Source: Eledone cirrhosa
Taxonomy: Eukaryota
Direction: 5' to 3'
DNA: 64,000 nt
Assembly (NCBI GenBank): GCA_964016885.1
Contig: OZ024743.1
Coordinates: 157,232,001-157,296,000 of the forward strand
The notes beneath the pieces are model-generated. The model had not been told where the DNA came from. It searched no databases and saw only the letters and a list, made by a program, of their open reading frames with translations. Of the stretch, positions 1 to 13,332 are shown one piece after another. Position 1 is the stretch's first letter; every line of letters starts with the position of its first letter. Position numbers and translations under genes: made by a program.

Positions 1-597
1 TGTATATATTTCAATCCTTAGTCCCTGATTCTGTATGTACGCTAACTCTATTATCTTACAATTTCTTTTTTCAACATATATTATATACGTATTTATGGTC
101 ACCCATACACTGATATGCTTGCCCTCATGTATATAATTACGCACACATTTGTTCACTATACACATGCATTTGTACATACACACATATGTATATTTGTAGG
201 TGCATATACACATATTTATACACATATCCTTACTATATTTCCTTATTTTATTTTTATATATCTCTTGCATTACTTTTATTTATATATTTTTTCTGCACGT
301 TAAACTGTGTCTATCTTGAGGAGATTTTTCAAATATTTCAGTATGTTTTAAATAGCCTGGTCTGGCAAACGAATGAGGACGTTTCTTGTCTTATTCGGGA
401 AACCTCTGGTAGTGAGGAAATTATATTGTATTGTTTATTATATATATATATATATATATTAGAAAGTGAGGTTTTTTTTACAAAATGAAAAATAACCGAG
501 GTGTCCTACACGAGTGAAAGTATAAAGAAAAAGAGATGAAATCGAAAATGCAACTGGAGTCTTATTTTTTTTTTTAAATATATATATTTATTTGGTC

Positions 598-635
598 CCT
601 TTACCGGTTTCGCAGTTCTTCTGCTTTTCAAAAGG
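598..635 (-). ncRNA. Minimal type I hammerhead ribozyme, U3-A8 core variant (family A)
   Basis: Minus strand reads CCTT-TTGAAAA-GCAG aagaa CTGC-GAAA-CCGG-TA-AAGG: helix I CCTT/AAGG, helix II GCAG/CTGC, palindromic helix III, GUA site. Confidence 0.75.
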
Positions 636-1491
636 TTAGTTGAGATGGAGGGTCTGTGGTTTTTCTCACATCTGGTTGGTCTCTGAATGTTACTTGTTTT
701 ATATGGAAAAAGTGGCTCGAAATGCCAGGTTTTTCGAGAAGTAATTTGATTGGTTTGTCAATAATTATAATAAATTTCGCGCCAGTTCGCGTTACAATAG
801 TTCTTCAAATAAGAGGGGGGGGGGTTGTCACAGGTTATTTTTTCATATATGAGTGTTTGAATTTCTTTTTACTTGAAAAAAGAGGGCTCACGAAGGCTTT
901 TTTTTGGTTGGTTCTAAATGAAATTATGGCTGTCACGTGAACAAGTTTTCATAAAATGTTCGTGCCCTTATTTGGAAATCTATTCTGTAGCCTTTTTAGA
1001 GAATGTTATGATAAGTGAAAGATAATGGTCAAGAGAAGGGGATGGGAGAATTGTTCTGGTTCAATGAATATGGTTAGTTCGCTGGGGTGTCAGAATTCAG
1101 ATTTTCTATTGAAAAAAGAAAGTAAAGATATGTATGTTTATTTGTGTGCTTCTGTGTGTGTGCGTGTGTGTGTGTTGTGTGTGTGTGTGTGTTTGAATTT
1201 CTTTACTTTAAAAAAAGGTGGCTCACGAAGGCTTTTTTTTAATAAACGTGATTTGATTGGTTATAAATGAAATTTGGCTGTCACGTGAACAAGTTTTCAT
1301 TACATTTTTGCGCCCTTATTTGGAAATCTATTCTGTAGCCTTTATAAAGAATGTTATGACAATGGAAAGATAGTGGTCAAGAGAAATGGGATTGGGAGAA
1401 TTGTTCTGGTTCAGTGAATATGGTTAGTTCGATTGGGTGTCAGAGCTCAGATTTTCTATTGAAGTGAACATATGTATGTTTATTTGTGTGC

Positions 1492-1573
<82 letters not shown>

Positions 1574-1835
1574 TGGAAGATGATTCTATTAGTAGAAATG
1601 TGGTAGGGAGTTGTGTGTGTGTATATGGGTGTTAGGTGTGTGTGTGCGAGTATGTTAAGATGGAGAGAATATATATTGTGTGTGTGTGTATATATGTCTG
1701 TAGGAAAGTGGTTCTATTAGTAGAAATGGAGGAGGGAGTTGTGGTGTGGGGTTGTTATGTGTGTGTATGGGTGTTATGTGTGTGGGAGTAAGGTTAGCAT
1801 GTTAAGATGAAGAGAATATATATATATATATATAT

Positions 1836-1874
<39 letters not shown>

Positions 1875-2649
1875 GGAAATGATTCCTTTAGTAGGAATAT
1901 TTTTGAATGAACATATTTTCCTTACTTATTCGTATTTGTTCTGTTGTATTGTCAGTGCAAACGTATGTTAAGGTTTATTTAGTTCGGGTTTTTATTTTCT
2001 AAAGTAGAAGGTGTTATGTGTGTGTGTGTGTATGTCATATTATGGTGTTGACATAATGTATATTAAACCATATTTAATGTTGGTCTATATTTTTGAATAA
2101 ACATATTTTCCTTATTTATTCGTATTTGTTCTGTTGTATTGTTAGCGCAAAGGTAAAATGGGAAGACTTAGAATTTAATATACATTATGTCAACACCATA
2201 ATATGACATACACACACACACATAACACCTTTTACTTTAGAAAATAAAAACCCGAACTAAATAAACCTTAACATACATTTGCACTGACAATACAACAGAA
2301 CAAATACGAATAAGTAGGGAAAATATGTTCATTCAAAAATATTCCTACTAAAGGAATCATTTTCCTACACACACACACACACACACACAATATATATATA
2401 TTCTCTTCATCTTAACATGCTAACCATACTCCCACACACATAACACCCATACACACATATCACATCCCCACACCCATAACTCCCTCCTCCATTTCTACTA
2501 ATAGAACCACTTTCCTACACACATATATACACACACACAAAATATATATTCTCTCCATCTTAACATACTCGCACACACACACATAACACCCATATACACA
2601 CACACGCAACTCCCTCCCCCATTTCTACTAATAGAATCATCTTCCAATA

Positions 2650-2694
<45 letters not shown>

Positions 2695-3546
2695 ACACAC
2701 AAGCACACAAATAAACATACATATCTTCACTTCAATAGAAAATCTGAACTCTGAAACCCCAGCGAACTAACCATATTCACTGAACCAGAACAATTCTCCC
2801 AATCCCATTTCTCTTGACCACTATCTTTCCATTGTCATAACATTCTCTATAAAGGCTACAGAAAAGATTTCCAAATAAGCGCGCAAATATGTAATGAAAA
2901 CTTGTTCACGTGACAGCCAAATTTCATTTATAACCAATCAAATCACGTTTATTAAAAAAAAGCCTTCATGAGCCACCTTTTTTTAAAGTAAAGAAATTCA
3001 AACACACACACACACACAACACACACACAGAAGCACACAAATAAACATACATATCTTTACTTTCTTTATTCAATAGAAAATCTGAATTCTGACACCCCAG
3101 CGAACTAACCATATTCACTGAACCAGAACAATTCTCCCATCCCCTTCTCTTGACCATTATCTTTCATTTATCATAAAATTCTCTAAAAAGGCTACAGAAT
3201 GGATTTCCAAATAAGGGCACGAAAATTTTATGAAAACTTGTTCATGTGACAACCTTAATTTCATTTAGAACCAACCAAAAAAAAGCCTTCGTGAGCCTCC
3301 TTTTTTCAAGTAAAAAGAAATTCAAACACTCATATATGAAAAAACAACCTATGACAACCCTCCCCCCTCTTATTTGAAGAACTATTGTAACGCGAACTGG
3401 CGCGAAATTTATTATAATTATTGACAAACCAATCAAATTACTTCTCGAAATACCTGGCATTTCGAGCCACTTTTTCCATATAAAACAAGTAACATTCAGA
3501 GACCAACCAGATGTGAGAAAAACCACAGACCCTCCATCTCAACTCA

Positions 3547-3584
3547 TTTTTTGAAAAGCAGAAGAACTGCGAAACCGGTAAAGG
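3547..3584 (+). ncRNA. Mirror copy of family A hammerhead
   Basis: TTTT-TTGAAAA-GCAGaagaaCTGC-GAAA-CCGG-TA-AAGG; helix I is weakened to G-U pairs. Confidence 0.65.
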
Positions 3585-3663
3585 AACCAAATAAATATAT
3601 ATATTTTTTTTAAAAAATAAGACTCCAGTTGCATTTTCGATTTCATCTCTTTTTCTTTATATA

Positions 3664-3706
<43 letters not shown>

Positions 3707-6700
3707 TCATATATATTGTTTGGAAGGGTCATGCTGCCATGAAAATGTACGCACCAGTTTAGTTTTCCTTCAATTTATTATTATGATTTTCCGTCAGTTT
3801 GTTTAATAACAGTTTGGTTGTTTACTTATTGATTATCAAAGCTCTTTCGTCATACATGCTGTGACCTACTTTTTTATTTGTGTCTTCTCCTTGTTCTATT
3901 TTATACCGTCGTGTCTTTTTATTGGTTACATTTCCCTTCCAAATTATAAAAATATCTGTTTCATCTTCACGTTTTCACATCAGAAATATTGCAAAACAAA
4001 TATGAAAACGAAATATGTATAATGTGTATGTGTGATAAGCAATCTGTAACTCTGTGTGTGTTTGTTGCTGTTTTTAACGCAGTTTTGAAGGTAAATATAC
4101 AGAAAATATCCTATCAAATAAATTTCATCAAAGCTTATATTGTAAATGTCAATCAATTAATGTTCTCGTTACTGTCATTATGTGCCGTAATATTCCCTAA
4201 TTTGGCCATAGAAAACCTGTTGACTCCCGTATTAGTGGCCATTGCTGCTTAGCGATTGAAGAAAAACTTTAATCACCAGGAAAAATGGATTATTCTATGT
4301 TTCAAAGGCGAGAGAAACTCATAATTTTGAGTTTGCAAAGTAAGAAATACTTCCCTCTGGAAAGTAACTATGTATTTTTTGTTATTTGCATGCGATAGGT
4401 TTTTCTTCTCTATTTTCTAAAGCTTTCAATCGAAATTATAATTAGTGTCTAATTAAATACTGACAGTTCATATGACTATTTTGATAAAATACTTGATGTA
4501 AAACTGAGTAGTCGTTAGATCGAAAAATATCAGTGACACTGAATTGTGTATGTGATTGTAAAACTTAACTCTTAAAGAGTCCAGCATATTCAAAGTTTGT
4601 CCTTCTATTAACTACCATCACTGCTTGCGTTAAATATCTACTCACTTGTCATAACCGGTGAAGGCTTTATTTTCAGGTGTCTCATCTCCATCATAAAGGA
4701 CCGATCTATATGTAGAATATATTTCATTCCTCAACGATTATGGCAATAGTTTTAAACAACCATCGTTTTAACTTCCACAGTTTCATAATCTTCAGCGACT
4801 TACACTCCAATATATCTCAATACTAAGAAGTATAGTGTGTGGGCTCCCATGTGAGGGATGACGAGAGCGAGAGAGACGGGGACCGTGAGTGAAAGAGAGA
4901 GAACATCAATGCACATACGCACTTGATAAGACACATTGGGGAATATTTGATTAATGCTGCATATTTCTAAACACCACTTAGTAACTAAAGAGATGGAAAT
5001 CTTAGTTAACATATATCAGATACTTGTCGTTGACCGACAATGCAGTATGTGAAGTTGTCTGCGACGACATACGAACAAATTATTTGAAATAACTTCATTT
5101 ATTAATCTCCAACTTATTTCCTTTGAATCGACAGACAGAATCACTAGCTATACCACTTCGGTCAATTGCAGGAAAAAATTGTTATAAGAATGTTGGAAAA
5201 ACCAGAATTGTTGCACTTTTCTTCAGCAACGTTTTCAGCGTTGCCGAGAATGAGAAACATTCTACCTAAATTGTTTTGATCTGTTGGATCGGATATTTGT
5301 TAGTATATTGAATTATATGCAGAAGAGACTTTCTTGAAACAATAGTAGGTTCAATTATGCCTACATCACTGGTTTTTTACCGTAGTAACGACGTACTCAA
5401 TTAAAGATGATTTTTTTTCTTGCAAACGATCGACAAGATCCAAGATCTCATTCGCTTACCAAGTGAGAAGGACCTCATCAAATAAGTTCAACCAAACAAA
5501 GTTTACATTGGTGTTTCTATTGCTGATATTATTTACCTATTGCAATTCCTTGCAGAAAGTGTAACGTGAAATAAAATGTCTTGCACAAGGATATAACGCA
5601 TCACCCAGTCCGGAAATCGAACTCACAACCTTACGATTGTGAATCCAATTATCTAAAACATACGCATTGCCTTTTGATCGTGATAATTCTGTAATAGTCC
5701 CAAAAATAAATAAAATCCTTCACCTTCACGGAATATTGCATATACATGTGTAAACGATATGCAACTTAGATACGTCCCACCAGATTTGTAGTACCTCTAT
5801 AAATAGTAACATTTTAAATATCCTTCAGTACATGAAGAACAACTATGTGGACTAACATACTTTATGTACTAAACCAAAATTATTGTCTAGCCAGTACTTG
5901 ACAAGTTCAAAATATTGAAGAGATGAAAGATTTTGGGCGATTACACATTGACAGTCGTCACAATTTGAGATGAATAAGTAGGAGAAATTCCTCGGTGTCA
6001 TATTATATAAAAAAACAACAAGTATTCGAATTGGTGCTAACACCTTTATGTTATAGAGAGAAAGACTATTATATTTTATGTTATTAGTTAACAAAGATAC
6101 TACGCTAACACTGTTACGGTAACATATATTTCTCTGAATCTATGCCAGAATATTTTATGGTACATGATACAGAGATTTAAATTTAATCAACATTGAAACA
6201 AAATTTTGCACGCGAAAGCAACGTTATGTAAATTTCTTTTATTTTGTCCACCAATAGTTCGTTGCCAATAGTCCACAATAGTTCGTTGCATACAATGAAA
6301 TGAGTTATTAAGTAATGTAGTTTTATAAATTGTAATTTTTGAAAAATACATTTTTTTAATCGAAGTATTTACTCAATCGTCTGACCCATGACGGATGAAT
6401 TGGGGCTAATCATCATCCTGAAAGAAAGTTACAATGATAACAACTTCTACGATCCCAACTAGGAGCCAACAGAACTTCTGCTTGACCACTCCACCTACTA
6501 TATATAACAGCCATGTCAACTCAAACCAAACGTTAAATTACAGAGAAAGGAAATGAAACATAAAATAATGCGAGGAGATGAAGTGTACAGAGCTCTGTTC
6601 AATTCGGAGTAACCCGAATATAATTTTTTAAAAATGAATGAACAAGACACCCTGATGCAATATACAATCAGAATAACAATTTAAAATGATAGAATCTTAA

Positions 6701-7462
6701 AATGTGCCTAGCCAGCCGAGAGCAAATCATGTCACTGTCATTGGGTTGTAAATGCAGCTAAATTATTTAATTCAGAAATAAACAATTACGTAGAATTTAG
6801 AAATGTGTAACTCGCTATAAAAGATAAATTAAGTCTCACATATATCTCCATATTAAATTTTGAAAATCATGAAGCTTATGAAACTAGTAAAATGATAGGT
6901 TCATCTAAATAAACCTGCTTTAAGACTTTTGGCTTCCTATACATATAAATATTAAGAGATGAAGCTTGTCGAACAGGGTGGACATAGCCTCTGTCGTTTG
7001 CCCACTCACTAAATAATGAATTAAATTCGTATTATTAATATTCCAATCCAACCGGTTAGAGTGCACACATACGTTAATCTGTGATAAAAACGACTTTGCG
7101 TGGGTAAGAATACTAAGATGCCTGGAACAATGCATCAGTTTCTGCAGTTCCGATCAGCTGGCAGAGTTCCGAAAGGAACAACTATGTGCAGAATATTAGG
7201 TAATGATAGTATACATTACGTAATTTGGCGTGAGACCATATCGTCAGGGAAGTTCGGCTTCCTGTAATAGCAAGATCAATATGGTGTTCCACTACCTTTA
7301 GTTGCTGGTTGTAATTGACTGTAGCAGGAACACATGTGGGTAATTAATTTACATTGAAAAATTATGACGGTTACCTGAAGTATTCGACCAGTGTACTTTC
7401 AAAAAGAAAACAGATAGAATACTGAAAACAATAAATCAATCCAACTAGAACTTTATATATAT

Positions 7463-7513
<51 letters not shown>

Positions 7514-7595
7514 ATATTTGGGGAGGGTCATATTTGCGTAATATTGCCAGAATTAATAACAGAACACACTCACTGTTTGGTTGGTTTTCGCTTTT

Positions 7596-8601
7596 CCCTA
7601 ACAATAGACTACCTGTATTAGACACAGAACTCTGGATTAACACTATAGACGAGAGAGCCCAAATTCTCCACTCACACTATGCTAAACCCATGGCCTCCAA
7701 ATACCTGATACTCAAAAACTCAGCAATGTCCAGTAGTGCTAAGTTTAATATTCTGATCGCAGATTTGGTACGAGTGATGAAGAATGTGTCCAGCATGTGC
7801 GACCCAACAGAAATGGAAGGACACATCCAACACTTCATCAACCGCATGCAGTTCTCTGGCTACAACCAAAGAGACAGAGTCAGAGTATACGAAGGAGACA
7901 TGGAAAAGTATAAGACCCTCATAGAACTGGACATGAAAGGAATTTGCCCACTATACAGGAGCAAATCATGGAATAGCTTAGATAGGGCTAGACATAAGAT
8001 AGGGAAGGCCACATCATGGTACGACAACCAGAGATATCAGAGTGTCATGTTTGTGGACGCCACCCCTGGAGGGAAATTAGCTAACCAGTGTAGAAAGGCC
8101 CTGAGAAAGACCCACTTAAAAATAAAGGTGGTAGAAAAGCCAGGAACCACCATAAAATCCCTGATCAGCAAAACCTACCCTTTTAAGAAAACCCACTGTA
8201 CCAATAGGAAATGTATCATATGTAAGGTGAACCCCCGGATAAACTGTAAAACTAGAAACGTAGTCTATAGCATAAGATGTACAGAGGGTACTTGCAGAAA
8301 CACGACAACAACATACATAGGTGAGACAGCTCGTAGCATAGGTGAAAGGATAGACAAACACTGGGGGGAACTAAAAGGACGAAAAAACGGGTCAGTACTA
8401 TACGAACATGCTAGACAACAACATGACGGTAACATAGACAACATAGAAATTAGAATAATATCTAAACATAGGAATGACCCAGCAGATAGGCAAATCAGAG
8501 AGGCCAGTGAAATAGAAATTAGAAGACCAAAGCTAAACAGAAAGAATGAGTGGAACAACAACAACACCCAAACAAACAACACTGACCTAAGAGAAGTATA
8601 A
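7596..8601 (+). pseudogene. 5'-truncated duplicate of the Naiad ORF (RT thumb + GIY-YIG)
   Basis: Translation from PNNRLPVLD onward is identical to the C-terminus of 9951..12743. The first residues of ORF 7534 come from the inverted tail. Confidence 0.9.
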
Positions 8602-8877
8602 ATAAATAAGTAAATTAAATTAAATAAATAAAATAAGATAAATAAATACATACACAAGCACATAAACACACACTAGTCACCCAGCAGACACAACACTATA
8701 CACACTAGTCACACATCACACATAACACTATACACACACGCAAACGCATGCGCAAAGAAGACAAAATAAAATAAGATAAACAAACAAGCAAATAAATAAA
8801 TAAATATATAGACAGACTGAACCAAAAAAATGGCGTAGACATACAACACAACAGGAGGAACAATGAATATAACACCA

Positions 8878-8905
8878 CTGACGATGTTGCAGATGTGCAA
8901 CGAAA
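8878..8905 (+). ncRNA. Hammerhead-like core in Naiad pLTR (second copy 13021-13048)
   Basis: CTGACGA-T-GTTGCA gatg TGCAAC-GAAA. Core boxes and helix II are clear, but helices I and III could not be paired by eye. Confidence 0.5.
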
Positions 8906-9109
8906 GATTTATGTAAATTATGTAAACTATATATATATGTGTTTGTCTATATTGTATCTGTATTATTTTTGACCGCCGGTCAGTCAATGGCAACATTGAG
9001 GACCGAGTAAGTTAGATCGCAGATATATATATATAAAAGACAGCGAGAAGCGACAACCAACCAAACAGTGAGTGTGTTCTGTTATTAATTCTGGCAATAT
9101 TACGCAAAT

Positions 9110-10042
9110 ATGACCCTCCCCAAATATAACAATATCTGTTTCGACACACGATTTCATATAAAAAACCTCGCAAAACTAATTCATCGCCGCTATGGCATTA
9201 GCTTGTGCCAAGCTGAAAGGTTATTGAAAGACACTGTTTTCTGTTATATAAAAACTACAATAACAACAGAACAAATCCGCTTCTTAAAACACTGTGTTTC
9301 CTCCAAAACATACACAACAAACATATCAAAACAAGTAAATAATTTATTATTGAACAAAACACAAGCTGAACGGCTAAAACACACAATAACAGTTAATATG
9401 AAAAGAACAACATACACAAAAGTCAACGCACTCTACAGACAAAAACGCATCAACGGTAAGGAAATCCGAAATCTCATCACAGCAAACGAGAGAGATGACT
9501 TCATGAGCGTCATCCGACGCGAAACGAAATATGCTCAAAACGAATGCTGTAGGCATTTCAAGAAGAAATTAGAATGGATGAATAAGAAAAAACTACAAGA
9601 AAGGAAAATCGAATATTCTCAAAAATACCCAGATAACATCGACAACATCCGTATGAGTGATGTAAAACTACCGGAAGAATTTACCAATGACCACACAGTA
9701 AATATCTATGGGAACACTTTAATCAGTGAACAAGAACAACAAATCCTAAAGTTACCACCAAAATTTGCCATCTACAAAAAGATTAACCCTATGGAATGCA
9801 AAACGGAGCTGGAAAAGTGTTTCACAAAAATACGTTGGAATGCAAAGGTAAACAACAACAACAATAATAACGGTAGTAGTAATATAAACAATAACTCTGG
9901 GTATAGAAATAACAGCCATAACCATAACAATGGCAGGAAAGTGAGAAATAGTGATAATAGTAATAATACTAGCGATAGACAGAACAACAACAACCACAAT
10001 AATAATAATAATAGAAACGTTAACCAGACACAGCAACAGTGA
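9110..10042 (+). CDS. Naiad N-terminal region, ending in an Asn-rich tract (out of frame with the RT part)
   Basis: 310-aa ORF with PLE N-terminal motif ISEQEQQILKLPPKF...KIRW, followed by poly-Asn. Confidence 0.8.
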   Translation: MTLPKYNNICFDTRFHIKNLAKLIHRRYGISLCQAERLLKDTVFCYIKTTITTEQIRFLKHCVSSKTYTTNISKQVNNLLLNKTQAERLKHTITVNMKRTTYTKVNALYRQKRINGKEIRNLITANERDDFMSVIRRETKYAQNECCRHFKKKLEWMNKKKLQERKIEYSQKYPDNIDNIRMSDVKLPEEFTNDHTVNIYGNTLISEQEQQILKLPPKFAIYKKINPMECKTELEKCFTKIRWNAKVNNNNNNNGSSNINNNSGYRNNSHNHNNGRKVRNSDNSNNTSDRQNNNNHNNNNNRNVNQTQQQ

Positions 10043-12743
10043 CCACAGTAGTAATAACGGTAACAATACGAACAACAACAACAACAATAACCACAGTGGT
10101 AATAATGGAAATAGTACATGTAGCAACATCAACAAAAACAAGAAACATAATAATAGTAACAACCACAATGGTAGAAATAGCAGTAACAACAACAACAATA
10201 ACGGTGAAGTAAACAACAATACATCTAGCAATCATAACAATAATAATATTAATGCTAATGATAGAAACAACAACAACCACCATGATAACAATAATAGCAA
10301 CACACACAACTATGACGATAGAAATAACGACAACCCCTTAGAGAAACTATTTTTCAACCCAGCTGACAAAACATATAAGATGGGTAATATCTATCCTACG
10401 AGGTTACCCTTTAATAAAAGAGTTTGCATACCACAGCAAATAGATGACGAGACGGAGGCACAGTTCACCATAGCTAGAAATAAGATTAGACAAGTAGTAG
10501 ACAGGTACACTATGAGACAGAGCAGACCAGAGGCCCAACAACTTGGGATAAAACCTGTAGAAGGCTTGGTTAGCCTCAAGCAGCGCACAAGGGATGGTGA
10601 GGTAGTGTGTCTACCCACAGATAAGTCTGGTAGGATGTCAATAGATAGCATGCCGAACTACATCGAGGCAATGCAACCCCACATCATCAACACGAGCGAA
10701 GTTGCACAACTAACACACGATGGGAGAGAAAAAATCCTCAACGCTCACATGATGATGTGGACTGACATCCTAAAGCCAAGCAGACGCACTGCCAACAACT
10801 TCCAGGCGTCTAACAATGGCATACCACCCTTGTATGGGCTCCGCAAAGACCACAAGACAGTCGACGACCCGACAACAGGACCACCAACAAGACCCGTATG
10901 CGGAGCTAATATAGCTAGCAACTACAGGATCTCCTACTTCCTCTCAATGGTTATACGCCCCATAATCAAGATGTCCCCAGATGTATGTGAAAGTACAGAG
11001 GACCTCCTCAGCAGAATCAGTGAGTGCAACAAAAACAGGAGCCTATCCAACTGCATAATAGGCAGCATGGATGTGGTGTCACTGTACCCATCCATTAACA
11101 TTGATTTTGCTGTGAAAAGATGTGTGGAGATGATCATTGAGAGTGAGGTGGAGTTCTGCGACGTCGACACAGACGAACTGGGCCTCCTACTTAGACTTAC
11201 CTACGACACTGACTACCTAGACAGCCATGACCTTAGATGTTTCTGCCCTAGTAGAGCTATAAGAGGTAGACCCCCCACCATAACCTCAATGGCTAAAAAG
11301 ACTCCCATAGGAAGGTGGATTGGGTGGACCAAAGCTATACGGACCCACCAAAACACTGATCAGGTAAGAAAAATGGTCGCACATGCAATAGGGGCTAGTA
11401 TCAAAACTACCCTAAAGGGCCACATATTTAAGTTCAATGAGAAAATCTACACCCAAAATGAGGGAGCAGCCATCGGCGTCAGCATAGCTGGTGATGTTGC
11501 CAACCTTTTCATGGTATGGTGGGAAAGGAGACTTAAAGATCTCCTCCTTAATGAAAGCTCCATAGACCTCATCATGTACTCTCGTTATGTAGACGATATC
11601 AATATAGTTATAAGAACACCCCCACTAGAGAGCACTAACAAGTTTGATTTAGAACGTAGCACGATGGAAAGCATCCAGCAGATAGCTAATTCCATACACC
11701 AGAGTATAACTGTAACTATAGATTTCCCTTCCAAACACCCTAACAATAGACTACCTGTATTAGACACAGAACTCTGGATTAACACTATAGACGAGAGAGC
11801 CCAAATTCTCCACTCACACTATGCTAAACCCATGGCCTCCAAATACCTGATACTCAAAAACTCAGCAATGTCCAGTAGTGCTAAGTTTAATATTCTGATC
11901 GCAGATTTGGTACGAGTGATGAAGAATGTGTCCAGCATGTGCGACCCAACAGAAATGGAAGGACACATCCAACACTTCATCAACCGCATGCAGTTCTCTG
12001 GCTACAACCAAAGAGACAGAGTCAGAGTATACGAAGGAGACATGGAAAAGTATAAGACCCTCATAGAACTGGACATGAAAGGAATTTGCCCACTATACAG
12101 GAGCAAATCATGGAATAGCTTAGATAGGGCTAGACATAAGATAGGGAAGGCCACATCATGGTACGACAACCAGAGATATCAGAGTGTCATGTTTGTGGAC
12201 GCCACCCCTGGAGGGAAATTAGCTAACCAGTGTAGAAAGGCCCTGAGAAAGACCCACTTAAAAATAAAGGTGGTAGAAAAGCCAGGAACCACCATAAAAT
12301 CCCTGATCAGCAAAACCTACCCTTTTAAGAAAACCCACTGTACCAATAGGAAATGTATCATATGTAAGGTGAACCCCCGGATAAACTGTAAAACTAGAAA
12401 CGTAGTCTATAGCATAAGATGTACAGAGGGTACTTGCAGAAACACGACAACAACATACATAGGTGAGACAGCTCGTAGCATAGGTGAAAGGATAGACAAA
12501 CACTGGGGGGAACTAAAAGGACGAAAAAACGGGTCAGTACTATACGAACATGCTAGACAACAACATGACGGTAACATAGACAACATAGAAATTAGAATAA
12601 TATCTAAACATAGGAATGACCCAGCAGATAGGCAAATCAGAGAGGCCAGTGAAATAGAAATTAGAAGACCAAAGCTAAACAGAAAGAATGAGTGGAACAA
12701 CAACAACACCCAAACAAACAACACTGACCTAAGAGAAGTATAA
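9951..12743 (+). CDS. PLE reverse transcriptase + GIY-YIG endonuclease with CCHH motif (Naiad-type)
   Basis: Motifs TDKSG, LYGLRKDHK, RPVCG, SMDVVSLYPSI, GAAIG, YSRYVDD; linker CxxxxCxxC; VVY...CTEGTC...YIGET...HARQQH. The real coding part probably starts near 10025. Confidence 0.92.
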   Translation: MIIVIILAIDRTTTTTIIIIIETLTRHSNSDHSSNNGNNTNNNNNNNHSGNNGNSTCSNINKNKKHNNSNNHNGRNSSNNNNNNGEVNNNTSSNHNNNNINANDRNNNNHHDNNNSNTHNYDDRNNDNPLEKLFFNPADKTYKMGNIYPTRLPFNKRVCIPQQIDDETEAQFTIARNKIRQVVDRYTMRQSRPEAQQLGIKPVEGLVSLKQRTRDGEVVCLPTDKSGRMSIDSMPNYIEAMQPHIINTSEVAQLTHDGREKILNAHMMMWTDILKPSRRTANNFQASNNGIPPLYGLRKDHKTVDDPTTGPPTRPVCGANIASNYRISYFLSMVIRPIIKMSPDVCESTEDLLSRISECNKNRSLSNCIIGSMDVVSLYPSINIDFAVKRCVEMIIESEVEFCDVDTDELGLLLRLTYDTDYLDSHDLRCFCPSRAIRGRPPTITSMAKKTPIGRWIGWTKAIRTHQNTDQVRKMVAHAIGASIKTTLKGHIFKFNEKIYTQNEGAAIGVSIAGDVANLFMVWWERRLKDLLLNESSIDLIMYSRYVDDINIVIRTPPLESTNKFDLERSTMESIQQIANSIHQSITVTIDFPSKHPNNRLPVLDTELWINTIDERAQILHSHYAKPMASKYLILKNSAMSSSAKFNILIADLVRVMKNVSSMCDPTEMEGHIQHFINRMQFSGYNQRDRVRVYEGDMEKYKTLIELDMKGICPLYRSKSWNSLDRARHKIGKATSWYDNQRYQSVMFVDATPGGKLANQCRKALRKTHLKIKVVEKPGTTIKSLISKTYPFKKTHCTNRKCIICKVNPRINCKTRNVVYSIRCTEGTCRNTTTTYIGETARSIGERIDKHWGELKGRKNGSVLYEHARQQHDGNIDNIEIRIISKHRNDPADRQIREASEIEIRRPKLNRKNEWNNNNTQTNNTDLREV

Positions 12744-13332
12744 ATAAATAAGTAAATTAAATTAAATAAATAAAATAAGATAAATAAATACATACACAAG
12801 CACATAAACACACACTAGTCACCCAGCAGACACAACAGTTTACACACTAGTCACACATCACACATAACACTATACACACACGCAAACGCATGCGCAAAGA
12901 AGACAAAATAAAATAAGATAAACAAACAATCAAATAAATAAATAAATATATAGACAGACTGAACAAAAAAAAATGGCGTAGACATACAACACAACAGGAG
13001 GAACAATGAATATAACACCACTGACGATGTTGCAGATGTGCAACGAAAGATTTATGTAAATTATGTAAACTATATATATATGTGTTTGTCTATATTGTAT
13101 CTGTATTATTTTTGACCGCCGGTCAGTCAATGGCAACATTGAGGACCGAGTAAGTTAGATCGCAGATATATATATATAAAAGACAGCGAGAAGCGAAAAC
13201 CAACCAAACAGTGAGTGTGTTCTGTTATTAATTCTGGCAATATTACGCAAATATGACCCTCCCCAAATATAACAATATCTGTTTCGACACACGATTTCAT
13301 ATAAAAAACCTCGCAAAACTAATTCATCACCG

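Larger units (their letters stand above)
460..3661. mobile_element. Large imperfect palindrome: arms ~521-2067 and ~2174-3661, 106-bp spacer; degenerate PLE-like 3' segment, 3' ends facing outward into (TA)n
   Basis: Right arm is the reverse complement of the left (mirror ORFs 656..940+/3242..3526-, 1025..1270+/2966..3157-). The left arm extends ~60 bp further (460-520). (TA)n lies on both sides, and each arm carries an HHR motif. Confidence 0.8.

Noticed and set aside
115-488. Short ORFs here and the many YI/CV/LS-repeat ORFs across the window
   Set aside because: Translations of microsatellites, AT-rich DNA or the antisense strand of TE ORFs.
5000-5500. Possible hAT transposase remnant on the minus strand
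   Set aside because: Too degenerate to support by eye.
10040-10042. TGA as selenocysteine (some Naiads encode selenoproteins)
   Set aside because: Read-through meets TAG three codons later, and the RT is in a different frame.
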